NCBI GenBank assembly: GCA_009924135.1
Contig: RFSE01000005.1
Span: 3,061 to 67,060 of the forward strand
Source: Pseudomonadota bacterium
GTDB taxonomy: Bacteria > Verrucomicrobiota > Verrucomicrobiia > Limisphaerales > SXTU01
Length of the DNA: 64,000 nt
Reading direction: 5' to 3'
Part shown: positions 42,836-52,100 of the stretch, one piece after another
How the letters are laid out: each line of letters begins with the position of its first letter
Numbering within the stretch: position 1 is the first letter of the stretch
Translations under genes and position numbers: made by a program
Notes under the pieces: model-generated
Told to the model about the DNA's origin: nothing
The model's database searches: none
What the model saw: the letters and a program-made list of their open reading frames with translations, nothing else

Positions 42836-45166
42836 ATGAAAACGCTGCTCCGCCGTTATTGCGTCCTGCTTGCGCTGCTAATTTACTGGCTGCCGCAGTC
42901 CCATGCCCAGGTCGCGCCCCAGCGCGTCCAGCAGATCGACATCCGGCATGTCGGTCCGGCGGCCACGAGTGACGAACTCATCCGCGCAAACATCCGCGTC
43001 AAGATCGGCGACCCGCTGGTCAAGACCAGCGTGGATGATGACGTGCGGAACCTCTACAACACCGGATATTTCTACAACATCCGCGTGGCCGAGGAGCGTA
43101 TCGACGGCGGCGTGAAGCTCGTTTACGTCGTGCAGGGCAAACCGCTGTTGACCGACATCAAGTTCACCGGCAACACCAAGTTCAGCAACTCCAAGCTGAC
43201 CAAGGAGCTGACTTCAAAAGTCGGTCAGCCGCTGGACGAACGGAAGCTGTTCACCGACGCCCAGAAGATCCAGACCCGCTACCAAAAGGCCGGCTACCAG
43301 CGGACCAAGGTGGAGTACAAGCTCAGCATCAACGAAAACGCCGGCCGGGGCACCGCCACCTTCGAGGTCACGGAAGCGCCCAAGGTGAAGGTGGTGGACA
43401 TCGCGTTTGTGGGCACGACCGCCTTCGATCAGAAGAAGCTGGCGAAGCAGCTCAAGACCAAAAAGCACTGGATGTTCTCGTGGATCACGGGCACGGACAA
43501 GTTCAAGGACGACCAGTTTGACGACGACAAGGAGAAGCTCGCCGAATTCTACCGGAACGAAGGCTATCTGGATTTCGAGATCAAGGACGTTCAGTTCGAG
43601 TATCCCAAGCCCGACCGCATGGTGATCAAGTTCGTCGTTTTCGAAGGCAAGCAGTACAAGGTCGGGACCGTCGCCGTGAAGGGCAACAACCTGTTTCCCT
43701 CGGCTGACATCGAGAAGGGCATCAAGATGAAGGCCGGCAAGACCTTCACGCCCGAAGGTCAGCGCAAGGATGTCGAGACCATCCGGGACTTCTACGGCTC
43801 CAAGGGCTACATCGATTCCCGCATCAACGCCGTCCGCACGCCCAACACCGACACGGGCAACATGGACGTCACCTACCAGGTGGACGAGAAGGACAAGTCT
43901 TACGTCGAAAAGATCGAGATCAAGGGCAACGTCAAAACCAAGGACAAGGTCATCCGCCGCGAACTGGCCATTTCCCCTGGCGAAACCTTTGACATGGTGC
44001 GGGTGAAGCTCTCGAAGCAGCGCCTGGAAAACCTGAATTACTTCGAAAAGGTCGATGCCCAGCCGGAACCGACCGACGTGCCCAACCGCAAGAACCTGGT
44101 GGTGGGCGTCGAGGAAAAGAACACCGGCAACATGTCCATCGGCGCGGGCTTCAGCTCGGTGGAAAGCGTGGTGGGCTTTGTCGAAGTCAGCCAGGGGAAC
44201 TTTGACCTGTTCAAGCCCCCCTACTTCACCGGCGGCGGCGAGAAGCTGCGCCTGCGCGCCAGTTACGGTGCCCGGTCCAAGGATTACCTGTTGAGTTTCG
44301 TGGAACCCTGGTTTCTGGACCGCAAGCTCGCTTTTGGCGTGGACCTGTACCACCGGTCCACGAGTTATCAGAGCACTCTCTATGACACGGTGTCCACCGG
44401 TGCCCGCTTGAGCCTCGAACGGGCGCTCTGGAGCGACTTTGTCCGCGGCAACGTGAGCTACACCATTGAAGATGTAGGCATCACGCGCGTGGACCCCAGT
44501 GCCTCGCCGGAGCTGCGTTCTGAGGCGGGCACGCGGCTGGTCTCGAAGGTCGGGACGGGCATTGTTTACGACGCCCGCAAGGGCGGACTGGTGCCCACGG
44601 GTGGTCAGCGGGTGGAATTCCTCTCGGAAGTAGCTGGCGGCCCGTTCGGCGGCGAGTCGGACTTCTTCAAGCTGGAAGTGCGCGGCTCGCAATACCTCCC
44701 CGGTTTCTGGGAGGGGCAGAACTGGGAAATCATCGGCCGCATGGGCTCCATCCAGGGCTACAACGGTGACCATGTGACGCTGTTCAACCGCTACTTCATG
44801 GGCGGCCCGCGCACCCTCCGCGGCTTCAAGTACGCCCACGTTTCGCCCGTGGATTCCCTCAGCCAGCCCTTCGGCGGCAACACCTACTGGCTCGGCTCGG
44901 TGGAATACAACATCCCCATTATTGAACGGTTGCGCTTCGCGCTGTTCTATGATGTCGGCAATGTTTACAGCAGCTCCTTCAGCGTCAACCCGAACGCCTC
45001 GCGTGGCGAACGCCTCTATAATGACAACGTCGGTGCGGGCTTCCGCATCAACATCCCCAACCTCGGGCCGCTGCGGCTGGACTATGGCTTCCCCATCAAC
45101 GCGGATGCCAATCAAAACAAGAGCGGCCGCTTCAACTTCGACGTGGGTTTCACCCGCGATTTCTAA
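42836..45166 (+). CDS. bamA: Outer membrane protein assembly factor BamA
   Basis: POTRA repeats (GNVKTKDKVIRRE), LRGFKY, GPLRLDYG, C-terminal Phe. Confidence 0.97.
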   Translation: MKTLLRRYCVLLALLIYWLPQSHAQVAPQRVQQIDIRHVGPAATSDELIRANIRVKIGDPLVKTSVDDDVRNLYNTGYFYNIRVAEERIDGGVKLVYVVQGKPLLTDIKFTGNTKFSNSKLTKELTSKVGQPLDERKLFTDAQKIQTRYQKAGYQRTKVEYKLSINENAGRGTATFEVTEAPKVKVVDIAFVGTTAFDQKKLAKQLKTKKHWMFSWITGTDKFKDDQFDDDKEKLAEFYRNEGYLDFEIKDVQFEYPKPDRMVIKFVVFEGKQYKVGTVAVKGNNLFPSADIEKGIKMKAGKTFTPEGQRKDVETIRDFYGSKGYIDSRINAVRTPNTDTGNMDVTYQVDEKDKSYVEKIEIKGNVKTKDKVIRRELAISPGETFDMVRVKLSKQRLENLNYFEKVDAQPEPTDVPNRKNLVVGVEEKNTGNMSIGAGFSSVESVVGFVEVSQGNFDLFKPPYFTGGGEKLRLRASYGARSKDYLLSFVEPWFLDRKLAFGVDLYHRSTSYQSTLYDTVSTGARLSLERALWSDFVRGNVSYTIEDVGITRVDPSASPELRSEAGTRLVSKVGTGIVYDARKGGLVPTGGQRVEFLSEVAGGPFGGESDFFKLEVRGSQYLPGFWEGQNWEIIGRMGSIQGYNGDHVTLFNRYFMGGPRTLRGFKYAHVSPVDSLSQPFGGNTYWLGSVEYNIPIIERLRFALFYDVGNVYSSSFSVNPNASRGERLYNDNVGAGFRINIPNLGPLRLDYGFPINADANQNKSGRFNFDVGFTRDF

Positions 45167-45242
45167 CCTGATCTGATCCCGGTGACAGTGGCAGAACGCC
45201 GCTGTCACACTGCCTTTAAATCAAAACCGACTTGAGTCTCCG

Positions 45243-45872
45243 ATGAAATTGTTGCCCTCCCTCCTCCTTGCCGGTCTCGTTCTTGGTGCCAGCGCGCAGG
45301 CTGCCGACCGCCCGGCCGGGGCCGGAACCATTGCGGTCGTGGACTTGAAAAAGGTCTTTGACGGCTATTGGAAAACCAAGCAGGCCGACCTCAACCTCAA
45401 GGATGAGGCCACCAAGCTGGACAAGACGCGCAAGGACATGATCGAGGACCACAAGAAGGCCGGCGAGGACTACAAGAAGTTCCTCGACGGATCCACCGAT
45501 TCCGCCGTGTCCCCGGAAGAGCGGGAGAAGCGCAAAAAGACGGCGGAAACCAAGCTGCAGGAAATGCGGCAAATCGAGGAGAGCATCGGCCAGTTCGACC
45601 GCAGCGCCCGCACGCAGCTGGGCGAAAAGCAGCGCAACATGCGCGACAAGATCGTCACCGAGATCCGCGAGATCGTGAACAAGCGGGCCCGGACGGCGGG
45701 TTATGGCGCTGTTCTGGATAGCGCCGCCGAAAGCGCCGTGGGCACACCCATCCTCCTTTTCAATGCGAGCCTGCCGGACTTGACGGAGGAGATCATCACC
45801 CAGCTCAACGCCACCGCCCCGGCCGGAGCGGTCGTGTCGCCTCCCTCCATTGCGCCGGTAAATCCGAAGTGA
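45243..45872 (+). CDS. skp: OmpH/Skp periplasmic chaperone
   Basis: IAVVDLKKVF, coiled coil, DLTEEII; follows bamA. Confidence 0.92.
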   Translation: MKLLPSLLLAGLVLGASAQAADRPAGAGTIAVVDLKKVFDGYWKTKQADLNLKDEATKLDKTRKDMIEDHKKAGEDYKKFLDGSTDSAVSPEEREKRKKTAETKLQEMRQIEESIGQFDRSARTQLGEKQRNMRDKIVTEIREIVNKRARTAGYGAVLDSAAESAVGTPILLFNASLPDLTEEIITQLNATAPAGAVVSPPSIAPVNPK

Positions 45873-45947
45873 GCTTGGTTGGTGGCGGCAGGCTCCCGGT
45901 GTTCCTCCGGTGGATTGGGTTGACGGTCCCGTTCCCTTCGCGCCAAC

Positions 45948-46925
45948 ATGCGCCTGCGCAAGCGCGCTTGCATGGGCCGCCCAACTACCAGCCATCCGCC
46001 TGAAACCCCGACGCCCAAGCGCGTGGGGCCGATGCTCGGTGCGCTGGGCTTTCTCTCCCGCCGAACCCCCTACTTCCGCGGTAAATGGCGGGTGACCGGT
46101 TTCATTTTCGAGCGCTGGCTGCTCCACTCACGCCGGCAGCAGGTCATCAAGCTCGCCAAGGGCATGCGCATCAATTGCAAGCTCTGGGACGAGGTGCAGA
46201 ATGCCATCTGGTGGAACGGAGCGAGTTACGAGCGCAAGGAGTCCAAGTTCATCCGCCGTTATCTCAAGCCCGGCATGGTCTTCTTCGATGTCGGTTCCAA
46301 TGTCGGCTATTACACGCTGCTGGCCGCCCCCCTCGTCGGCCGCCAAGGCAAGGTTCACGCCTTTGAACCCGTCTTCGAGCAGCATGCCGATCTGCGCGCC
46401 AACGTGGAGCGCAACCGGCTCCAGAATGTCGTCCCCGAACGCCTCATCATCACCGACCGCGCGGGCACCATGGAGATCAATCTGGGGTCCGAGGATAACG
46501 CCGGCACCGCCTCGGTCAACATGGTCTATCGCGAGAACCGGGCGACCGAACGGGTGGACTGCACCACCTTGGACCGGTATCTCAAGGAGCGCGAGGTCAA
46601 GCGGCTCGACGTGCTGAAGATTGATGTCGAGGGTCACGAGCCGCACGTGTTGCGGGGCATGACCGAAACCCTCCGCACGTTGCGTCCGCTGCTGCTGGTC
46701 GAAGTCCGGGGCGAGATGTTGGAGGAAGTCGGTTCCAGCCGGGAGGAGTTGTTTGCGCAGATTGCCACGCACGGCTACGTGCCGTACGCCCTCACGCGCG
46801 GCGGCTGGCCCAAACCCATGGCCATTCCCGCTGATGGCAACCTGATCATCTTCAGTCCGGACCCCAAACTGCATGAAAAACACCGGCCCTTTGCCAAATT
46901 GCGGCGGCGCAAAAAGGCGGCTTGA
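45948..46925 (+). CDS. FkbM-family methyltransferase (start uncertain)
   Basis: FDVGSNVGYY, AFEP, LKIDVEGHE. Confidence 0.9.
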   Translation: MRLRKRACMGRPTTSHPPETPTPKRVGPMLGALGFLSRRTPYFRGKWRVTGFIFERWLLHSRRQQVIKLAKGMRINCKLWDEVQNAIWWNGASYERKESKFIRRYLKPGMVFFDVGSNVGYYTLLAAPLVGRQGKVHAFEPVFEQHADLRANVERNRLQNVVPERLIITDRAGTMEINLGSEDNAGTASVNMVYRENRATERVDCTTLDRYLKEREVKRLDVLKIDVEGHEPHVLRGMTETLRTLRPLLLVEVRGEMLEEVGSSREELFAQIATHGYVPYALTRGGWPKPMAIPADGNLIIFSPDPKLHEKHRPFAKLRRRKKAA

Positions 46926-47012
46926 GATCAGGAACAGGATGAAGCTTGAGACTAGGGTTTCCGCTTAATCTTCCTCGTAATCTTCCACCCCATACTCTTC
47001 ACTCCTCCGCCG

Positions 47013-48332
47013 ATGTCCTTCGTCCAGCGCCTTAAAATCGAAGCCGAAGATACCCTTCGCTACCACGACACCGTTCGCGGCGTGCTCTGCGAGGTGGAAC
47101 TGCTGAAGGACAAGTCGCCCGCTGCAACTGATCCGCAGGCCATCGCCCGCAGCATCGTGCGGTTGTGCTCGGCCGCACGCCTCGCGGCCAGCAGGGAGCA
47201 ATTGCTCAAGGTCGAGGCGCTCATCGCCGAACGGGTGCAGTTGCTCGGCAACCGGCCCGTGGACTTCGCCGAGTTCGAGGCGTCCTCGATGAAGAAGCGG
47301 AACATCGACTACTTCGTCCCCCTCAAGCCCTACGTCAGCGAGCGGGAGAAGGGTGTGTGCTACATCGCCTTCGAGCATCGGTGGGCGCGCTTCGTCCACC
47401 ATTACCGCGACAAACTGGAGGCCTTCGCAAAGCGCTACCTGCTCATCGTCCACCCGGTCTGGGCCACACCCCACGGCCTGATCAACTACTACCTCCCCAG
47501 CATCTGGCCGGGGAACGATCCGGTCTTCGCGTGTGTCAGTGATCCTCATGATCTGGACACCTTGCCCCGCCAGTCGCCCCGTCATGTCGTCATCCCGCGT
47601 TACTGCTCCCACTGGGTGAACCCGGCGGTCTATCCGCAGGTGCCCTTTGAGAAAAAGGACATCGACATCGTGATGCTGGCGAACTTCGGGAAATACAAAC
47701 GCCATTTCGCCCTGTTCAAGGCGTTGCGCGACATGCCCCGCAGCGTGAAGGTCGTGTGCATCGGCCAGCACAATGACAAGCGCACCCGCGAAGTCCTCCT
47801 CGCCGAGGCTGCCGCCTATGGCGTGGCCGACCGGTTCGAGCTGAAGGAGAATGCGCCGGACGATGTGGTGTTCGACTGCATGGCCCGCGCCAAGGTGAAC
47901 CTCATCATGTCCAAGCGCGAAGGCTCCTGCATTGCCATCGTCGAGGCCATGTTCGCCAACACGCCTTCGGGCATGATCAAGGACGCCGAGGTTGGCTCAC
48001 GCGTCTTCATCAACGAGCACACCGGCCGTTTTCTCACCGATGACAACCTGGGCGCGCAGCTCATGGACTTCATCGCCAACGCCGGAAAGTATTCGCCCCG
48101 GAAGTGGATGCTGGATAACCACCATGACTGCCACGGCAGCAGCAAGGTGACGAACGAGGTCATCAAGCAGGAGATGCTCAAGCGCGGGCAGGACTGGACC
48201 ACCGACCTCTGCCCCTTGCACTGGCGGCCGAACCCCAAGATCCTTCGCCCCGAAGACCTGGCCATGATGCAGGCGACCTACGCCGATATCCGAAACAACG
48301 TCGGCATCGAGATGGACCTGCCGAAGTCATGA
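47013..48332 (+). CDS. Glycosyltransferase (GT4-like)
   Basis: KYKRH, SKREGSCIAIVEAMFANTP (EX7E motif). Confidence 0.75.
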   Translation: MSFVQRLKIEAEDTLRYHDTVRGVLCEVELLKDKSPAATDPQAIARSIVRLCSAARLAASREQLLKVEALIAERVQLLGNRPVDFAEFEASSMKKRNIDYFVPLKPYVSEREKGVCYIAFEHRWARFVHHYRDKLEAFAKRYLLIVHPVWATPHGLINYYLPSIWPGNDPVFACVSDPHDLDTLPRQSPRHVVIPRYCSHWVNPAVYPQVPFEKKDIDIVMLANFGKYKRHFALFKALRDMPRSVKVVCIGQHNDKRTREVLLAEAAAYGVADRFELKENAPDDVVFDCMARAKVNLIMSKREGSCIAIVEAMFANTPSGMIKDAEVGSRVFINEHTGRFLTDDNLGAQLMDFIANAGKYSPRKWMLDNHHDCHGSSKVTNEVIKQEMLKRGQDWTTDLCPLHWRPNPKILRPEDLAMMQATYADIRNNVGIEMDLPKS

Positions 48333-48419
48333 AGCCTCCGATCAGTGGCGACTGGCCAGACGCACTTTCTGCGTGTGCATCCGCGCCCGTTCGTGGTTTC
48401 CTCTCCCTGCTTTATCGCC

Positions 48420-49352
48420 ATGTCTGACTTGCTAAAAGACGCCGCCAAGCGCGGCTTGAAGAAGGCCGCCCGCTGGGCCAGCACCGGCAAGAACCTCCCG
48501 CGCCTCAAAGGCATGCAGGCCTGGTGGCAGCGCCACGTGGGTGACCAAAACGAGATCAATGCACTGCGCGAGCAGTATGCCGACCTCATCCACGCCCCGG
48601 ACAAGCGCAAGCTCCTCGCCATCCACGAGCGCAAGGCCCACTCCCAGTTCGGCGAGGATGGGTTGCTGATCCACTTTTTTTCAAAGATCGGCGCGCCGAA
48701 CAAGACGTTCATCGAGTTCGGTATCGAGGATGGCACGGAGTGCAATGCCGCGAACCTTGCCCTGCACTTCGGCTGGGGCGGTCTGCTCATGGATGGCAGT
48801 GATTCCCTCGCCGACCGTGCGCGCACGTTCTACCACCGCCGACACGGCATCGCGCCCCAGCACGTCCAGGTCCGCACGAACTTCATCACGAAGGAAAACG
48901 TCAACGATCTCTTCGCCCAGTACGGCTTCAAGGGCGAACTGGACATGCTGTCCATCGACATCGACGGCGTGGACTACTGGATCTGGGACGCCGTCAAGGT
49001 CGTCTCGCCGCGCCTGCTCATCATCGAGTTCAACGCCAGCTTCGGTCCCACGCGCAGCGTGACCGTGCCTTACGAGCCTTCCTTCGAACGTTACGCGCAT
49101 CACGAGAGCGGCTGGTATCACGGCGCGTCACTCACCGCCTTCACCAAGCTCGCCGCGAAGAAGGGCTACTTCCTCGCTGGCTGTGACACCGCCGGCGCGA
49201 ACGCCTTCTTCATCCGGCGCGACATCGGCCAGGGCAAGGTCGCCGAGTTCACGCCCGAAGAAGCGTTCTACCCTTGTGCCCCCCGGCTGCGCGAAGCCTC
49301 GCTCGACGAACAATGGGCCCGGGTGAAGCATCTGCCGTTGATCGAAATTTAA
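48420..49352 (+). CDS. FkbM-like / Methyltransf_21-like protein
   Basis: SQFGEDG, FIEFG, LSIDIDGVDYWIW, IEFN, GASL. Confidence 0.8.
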   Translation: MSDLLKDAAKRGLKKAARWASTGKNLPRLKGMQAWWQRHVGDQNEINALREQYADLIHAPDKRKLLAIHERKAHSQFGEDGLLIHFFSKIGAPNKTFIEFGIEDGTECNAANLALHFGWGGLLMDGSDSLADRARTFYHRRHGIAPQHVQVRTNFITKENVNDLFAQYGFKGELDMLSIDIDGVDYWIWDAVKVVSPRLLIIEFNASFGPTRSVTVPYEPSFERYAHHESGWYHGASLTAFTKLAAKKGYFLAGCDTAGANAFFIRRDIGQGKVAEFTPEEAFYPCAPRLREASLDEQWARVKHLPLIEI

Positions 49353-49357
49353 CTATG

Positions 49358-49457
49358 AGTCCAAGGTCCAAAGTCCAAAGTCCAAAGTCAGCGCAATGGC
49401 CTGACGGGCTCGCGGAACGACTTTGGACTCTTGGACCTTGGACCTTGGACTTCTGAC
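49358..49457. repeat. Heptamer palindromic element (RGTCCAA...TTGGACY) filling the intergenic gap
   Basis: AGTCCAA GGTCCAA AGTCCAA AGTCCAA ... TTGGACT C TTGGACC TTGGACC TTGGACT. Confidence 0.92.
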
Positions 49458-49459
49458 CC

Positions 49460-50320
49460 ATGTCTTCGATTCTCTCGACCTTTGAATTCATCCGCGATCG
49501 CCGCCGCATCCTGCGGCTGCCGCACGCCAAACCGAGCGCCAAGGCCATCTACCACGCCTGGCTCCAGCTCCGCCGCTACCCGGAGGCCAATCGCGACCAA
49601 CCCCTCACCATCGAACTGGGCAACACCGTCATCCACGCCCAGAACTGGCTGGAACTGGACTTCCTGTTCAACGAAGTCTTCGTCGGGAACGAGTACCTGG
49701 TGAAGCTCCCGCGCCGCGATCCTTTCATCATCGACTGCGGGGCGAACATCGGCTGCGCCACCCTTTACTTCAAACTCCACTACCCGGACGCCCGCATCCT
49801 CGCGTTCGAGCCGAACCCGTTCTGCTTCGAGATGCTCAGGAAGAACGTGGAAGTAAACGGCTTGAAGAACGTCACGCTGGTTCAGGCCGCGTGCGCGAGC
49901 GCACCGGGCACGACCACCTTCCACGTCAACCCCGCCTTCTCCCCGTTGAGCAGTGCCGTTGGCAACCGCGATGAGAAGCAGAAGACCGTGCCCATCGAGG
50001 TGAAGCTGGTGAAGCTTTCTGATTCGATCACCGAGCAGGTGGACCTGCTCAAGCTGGACATCGAAGGCGGCGAATGGGAGGTCTTCGCCGACTTGGTCGC
50101 AAGCGGCAAACTGGCCCGCATTGACCGCATGGCCATCGAATACCACCACCGCTTCGGTACGACCGAGGTGAAAATGAGCCGCTTCCTGAAAATTCTCGAA
50201 GACGCCGGCTACACTTATTCCCTGGGCGTGGAAATCCGGGCCGAGCGCCGCTTCATGGGCGTATTCCAGGACGTGATGATCTACGCGGTGAAGCTGGGGA
50301 TGGAAGACAAGACGTCCTGA
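49460..50320 (+). CDS. FkbM-family methyltransferase
   Basis: IDCGANIG, AFEPNP, LKLDIEGGE, EYHH. Confidence 0.92.
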   Translation: MSSILSTFEFIRDRRRILRLPHAKPSAKAIYHAWLQLRRYPEANRDQPLTIELGNTVIHAQNWLELDFLFNEVFVGNEYLVKLPRRDPFIIDCGANIGCATLYFKLHYPDARILAFEPNPFCFEMLRKNVEVNGLKNVTLVQAACASAPGTTTFHVNPAFSPLSSAVGNRDEKQKTVPIEVKLVKLSDSITEQVDLLKLDIEGGEWEVFADLVASGKLARIDRMAIEYHHRFGTTEVKMSRFLKILEDAGYTYSLGVEIRAERRFMGVFQDVMIYAVKLGMEDKTS

Positions 50321-50389
50321 ATCGGCGTTGCCCAGGCCAAAGGTGTTGGCTCAATCCGAATGCCGAAGTAACGCGCCAACCCGTGGCTT

Positions 50390-50524
50390 GTAGCGCAGGC
50401 TTGCAGCCTGCTGTTTCGCGGGTCTGCTACCCGCCGCCGCCACGCACTATTCCGAACCACACAAAGCGCCGGACAACCTGCCGGCTGGAAGCCGGCGAAA
50501 CGGCCGACTACAAGTCTGCGCTAC
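50390..50524. repeat. GTAG-type REP cluster between convergent genes
   Basis: GTAGCGCAGGCTTGCAGCCTGC ... GCCGGCTGGAAGCCGGC ... GACTACAAGTCTGCGCTAC. Confidence 0.8.
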
Positions 50525-50636
50525 GAGTAACGGCCTCCCGACTTTGGCGTTCGGGCTCAAAAAATCTCCCGCCAGCTGCCGGAGCTGCGCCTCCGCGATC
50601 CGGATGTGACCGAATAGAGCCCCGCAGACAGATTGG

Positions 50637-52061
50637 CTAGGTGAACAGTTCCGCGATCGGCGCGCCGCCATCCACGATGCGCGTGGGCCGGCCGGTGAGG
50701 TCGTTGATCGCGGTGTGTTCCCAGTCGATGCCGAGGTGGTTATAGAGCGTGGCCAGGAAGTCGCCGGGGCTGCACGGGCGTTCGAGCGGGTCTTCGCCCC
50801 GCTTGTCGCTCGCACCGATGACGCCGCCGCCGGGAATGCCGCCGCCAGCCCAGAGATTCGAAAAGACGCGCGGCCAGTGGTCGCGCCCCGGCTGCAAAGT
50901 GCCGGCCGCCCCGCTCGCGGGATGCGCCCCGGTGCTGCGGTCGAAGCTGATCTTCGGGGTGCGGCCGAACTCGCCGGTCACCACGACCATCACGCGCTTG
51001 GCCAGGCCGCGCGCGTGAATGTCCTCGATGAGCGCCGTGACCGCCTGGTCATAGGCCCAGCAGCGGTAACGCAACCCGTTGAAGACGTGCGCGTTGACGG
51101 CGTGGTCGTCCCAGTTGTTGCCCGCCGTACCGCAAATCGCGCCGTCCAGATTGCTGTGGATGATCTCGACGCCGGATTCGACGAGGCGGCGCGCGAGGAG
51201 CAGTTGCTGGCCCCACCGGTTCCGGCCATAGCGATCCCGCGTCCGATCATCTTCCTTGCCGAGATCGAAGGCATCGCGGGTCTTCGGATTCGTGAGCAAT
51301 GTCACGGCCTGCGACTCGAACTGGTCCAGCGCCCCCAATTCGCCTTCCTTGTCGAAGGAGCGTTCGAGGGAGTCGAGGTTCTGCCGGAGGACGGTGCGGT
51401 CACTGAGGCGACGGGACTCCGAGGCACTGGCCAGGCCGATGTTCGGGACCTGGAAGTTCGGGCGGCTCGGATCATCGGTGATCGAGAAAGCCGAATAGGC
51501 GTTGCCCAAGTAAGCGGGACCGGCGTAACCGCCTTCGATGGGGTTAATCGCGACGTAATTGGGCAGCGGGCTGGTGCGTCCGGCCTGCTTGGAGCGCAGG
51601 TAGTTGGACACGCACATCCAGTCCGGGTAACGCGGCGCGGTCTTGTCACGGTCATCGGAATCACCGGAGAGCATCCGCAAGTGGCCGGCGGGATGTCCGC
51701 CCGCGCGATGGCTCATGGAGCGGATGAGGGTGTACTTGTCCGCCATCTTGGCATGCAGCGGCAGCAGCTCGGTGATGTGCGTGCCGGGGACGTTGGTGGG
51801 AATGACCTTGAACGGGCCGCGATAGTCCGTGCTGGCATCGGGCTTCGGATCGTAGGTGTCCACGTGGGACAGGCCGCCGATGAGCCAGACCATGATGACG
51901 GCGGTCTTTTCCTTCGGCGGTTTGCCCGCGTTCTCGGCGCGCAGGCGCAAGAGGCCGGGCAAACTCAGCGTGGCGAAGCCGGTAAGGCCGATGTTCATGA
52001 ACCCGCGCCGGCTGACGGGGCCGGCGCAACGCACAAGGGGTGATTTTTTAGGCGAGGTCAT
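50637..52061 (-). CDS. DUF1501 family protein
   Basis: SRRGF, GGLSHVDTYDPKP, ARRLVESGV, WDDH, GEFGRTP, GRDHWP. Confidence 0.93.
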   Translation of the reverse strand: MTSPKKSPLVRCAGPVSRRGFMNIGLTGFATLSLPGLLRLRAENAGKPPKEKTAVIMVWLIGGLSHVDTYDPKPDASTDYRGPFKVIPTNVPGTHITELLPLHAKMADKYTLIRSMSHRAGGHPAGHLRMLSGDSDDRDKTAPRYPDWMCVSNYLRSKQAGRTSPLPNYVAINPIEGGYAGPAYLGNAYSAFSITDDPSRPNFQVPNIGLASASESRRLSDRTVLRQNLDSLERSFDKEGELGALDQFESQAVTLLTNPKTRDAFDLGKEDDRTRDRYGRNRWGQQLLLARRLVESGVEIIHSNLDGAICGTAGNNWDDHAVNAHVFNGLRYRCWAYDQAVTALIEDIHARGLAKRVMVVVTGEFGRTPKISFDRSTGAHPASGAAGTLQPGRDHWPRVFSNLWAGGGIPGGGVIGASDKRGEDPLERPCSPGDFLATLYNHLGIDWEHTAINDLTGRPTRIVDGGAPIAELFT

Positions 52062-52100
52062 GATGTTGGTGCGCTGGACGCTTGGTAAATAGACGGTGGA

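Noticed and set aside
43214-45208. 664-aa minus-strand ORF
   Set aside because: Antisense shadow of bamA.
46925-46998. Possible hexamer-period palindrome between the FkbM and GT genes
   Set aside because: Purine-rich and pyrimidine-rich arms are suggestive but too degenerate to call.
49358-49457. CRISPR array (also considered for the other tandem tracts)
   Set aside because: Units are 7-9 nt and contiguous, with no unique spacers and no cas genes.
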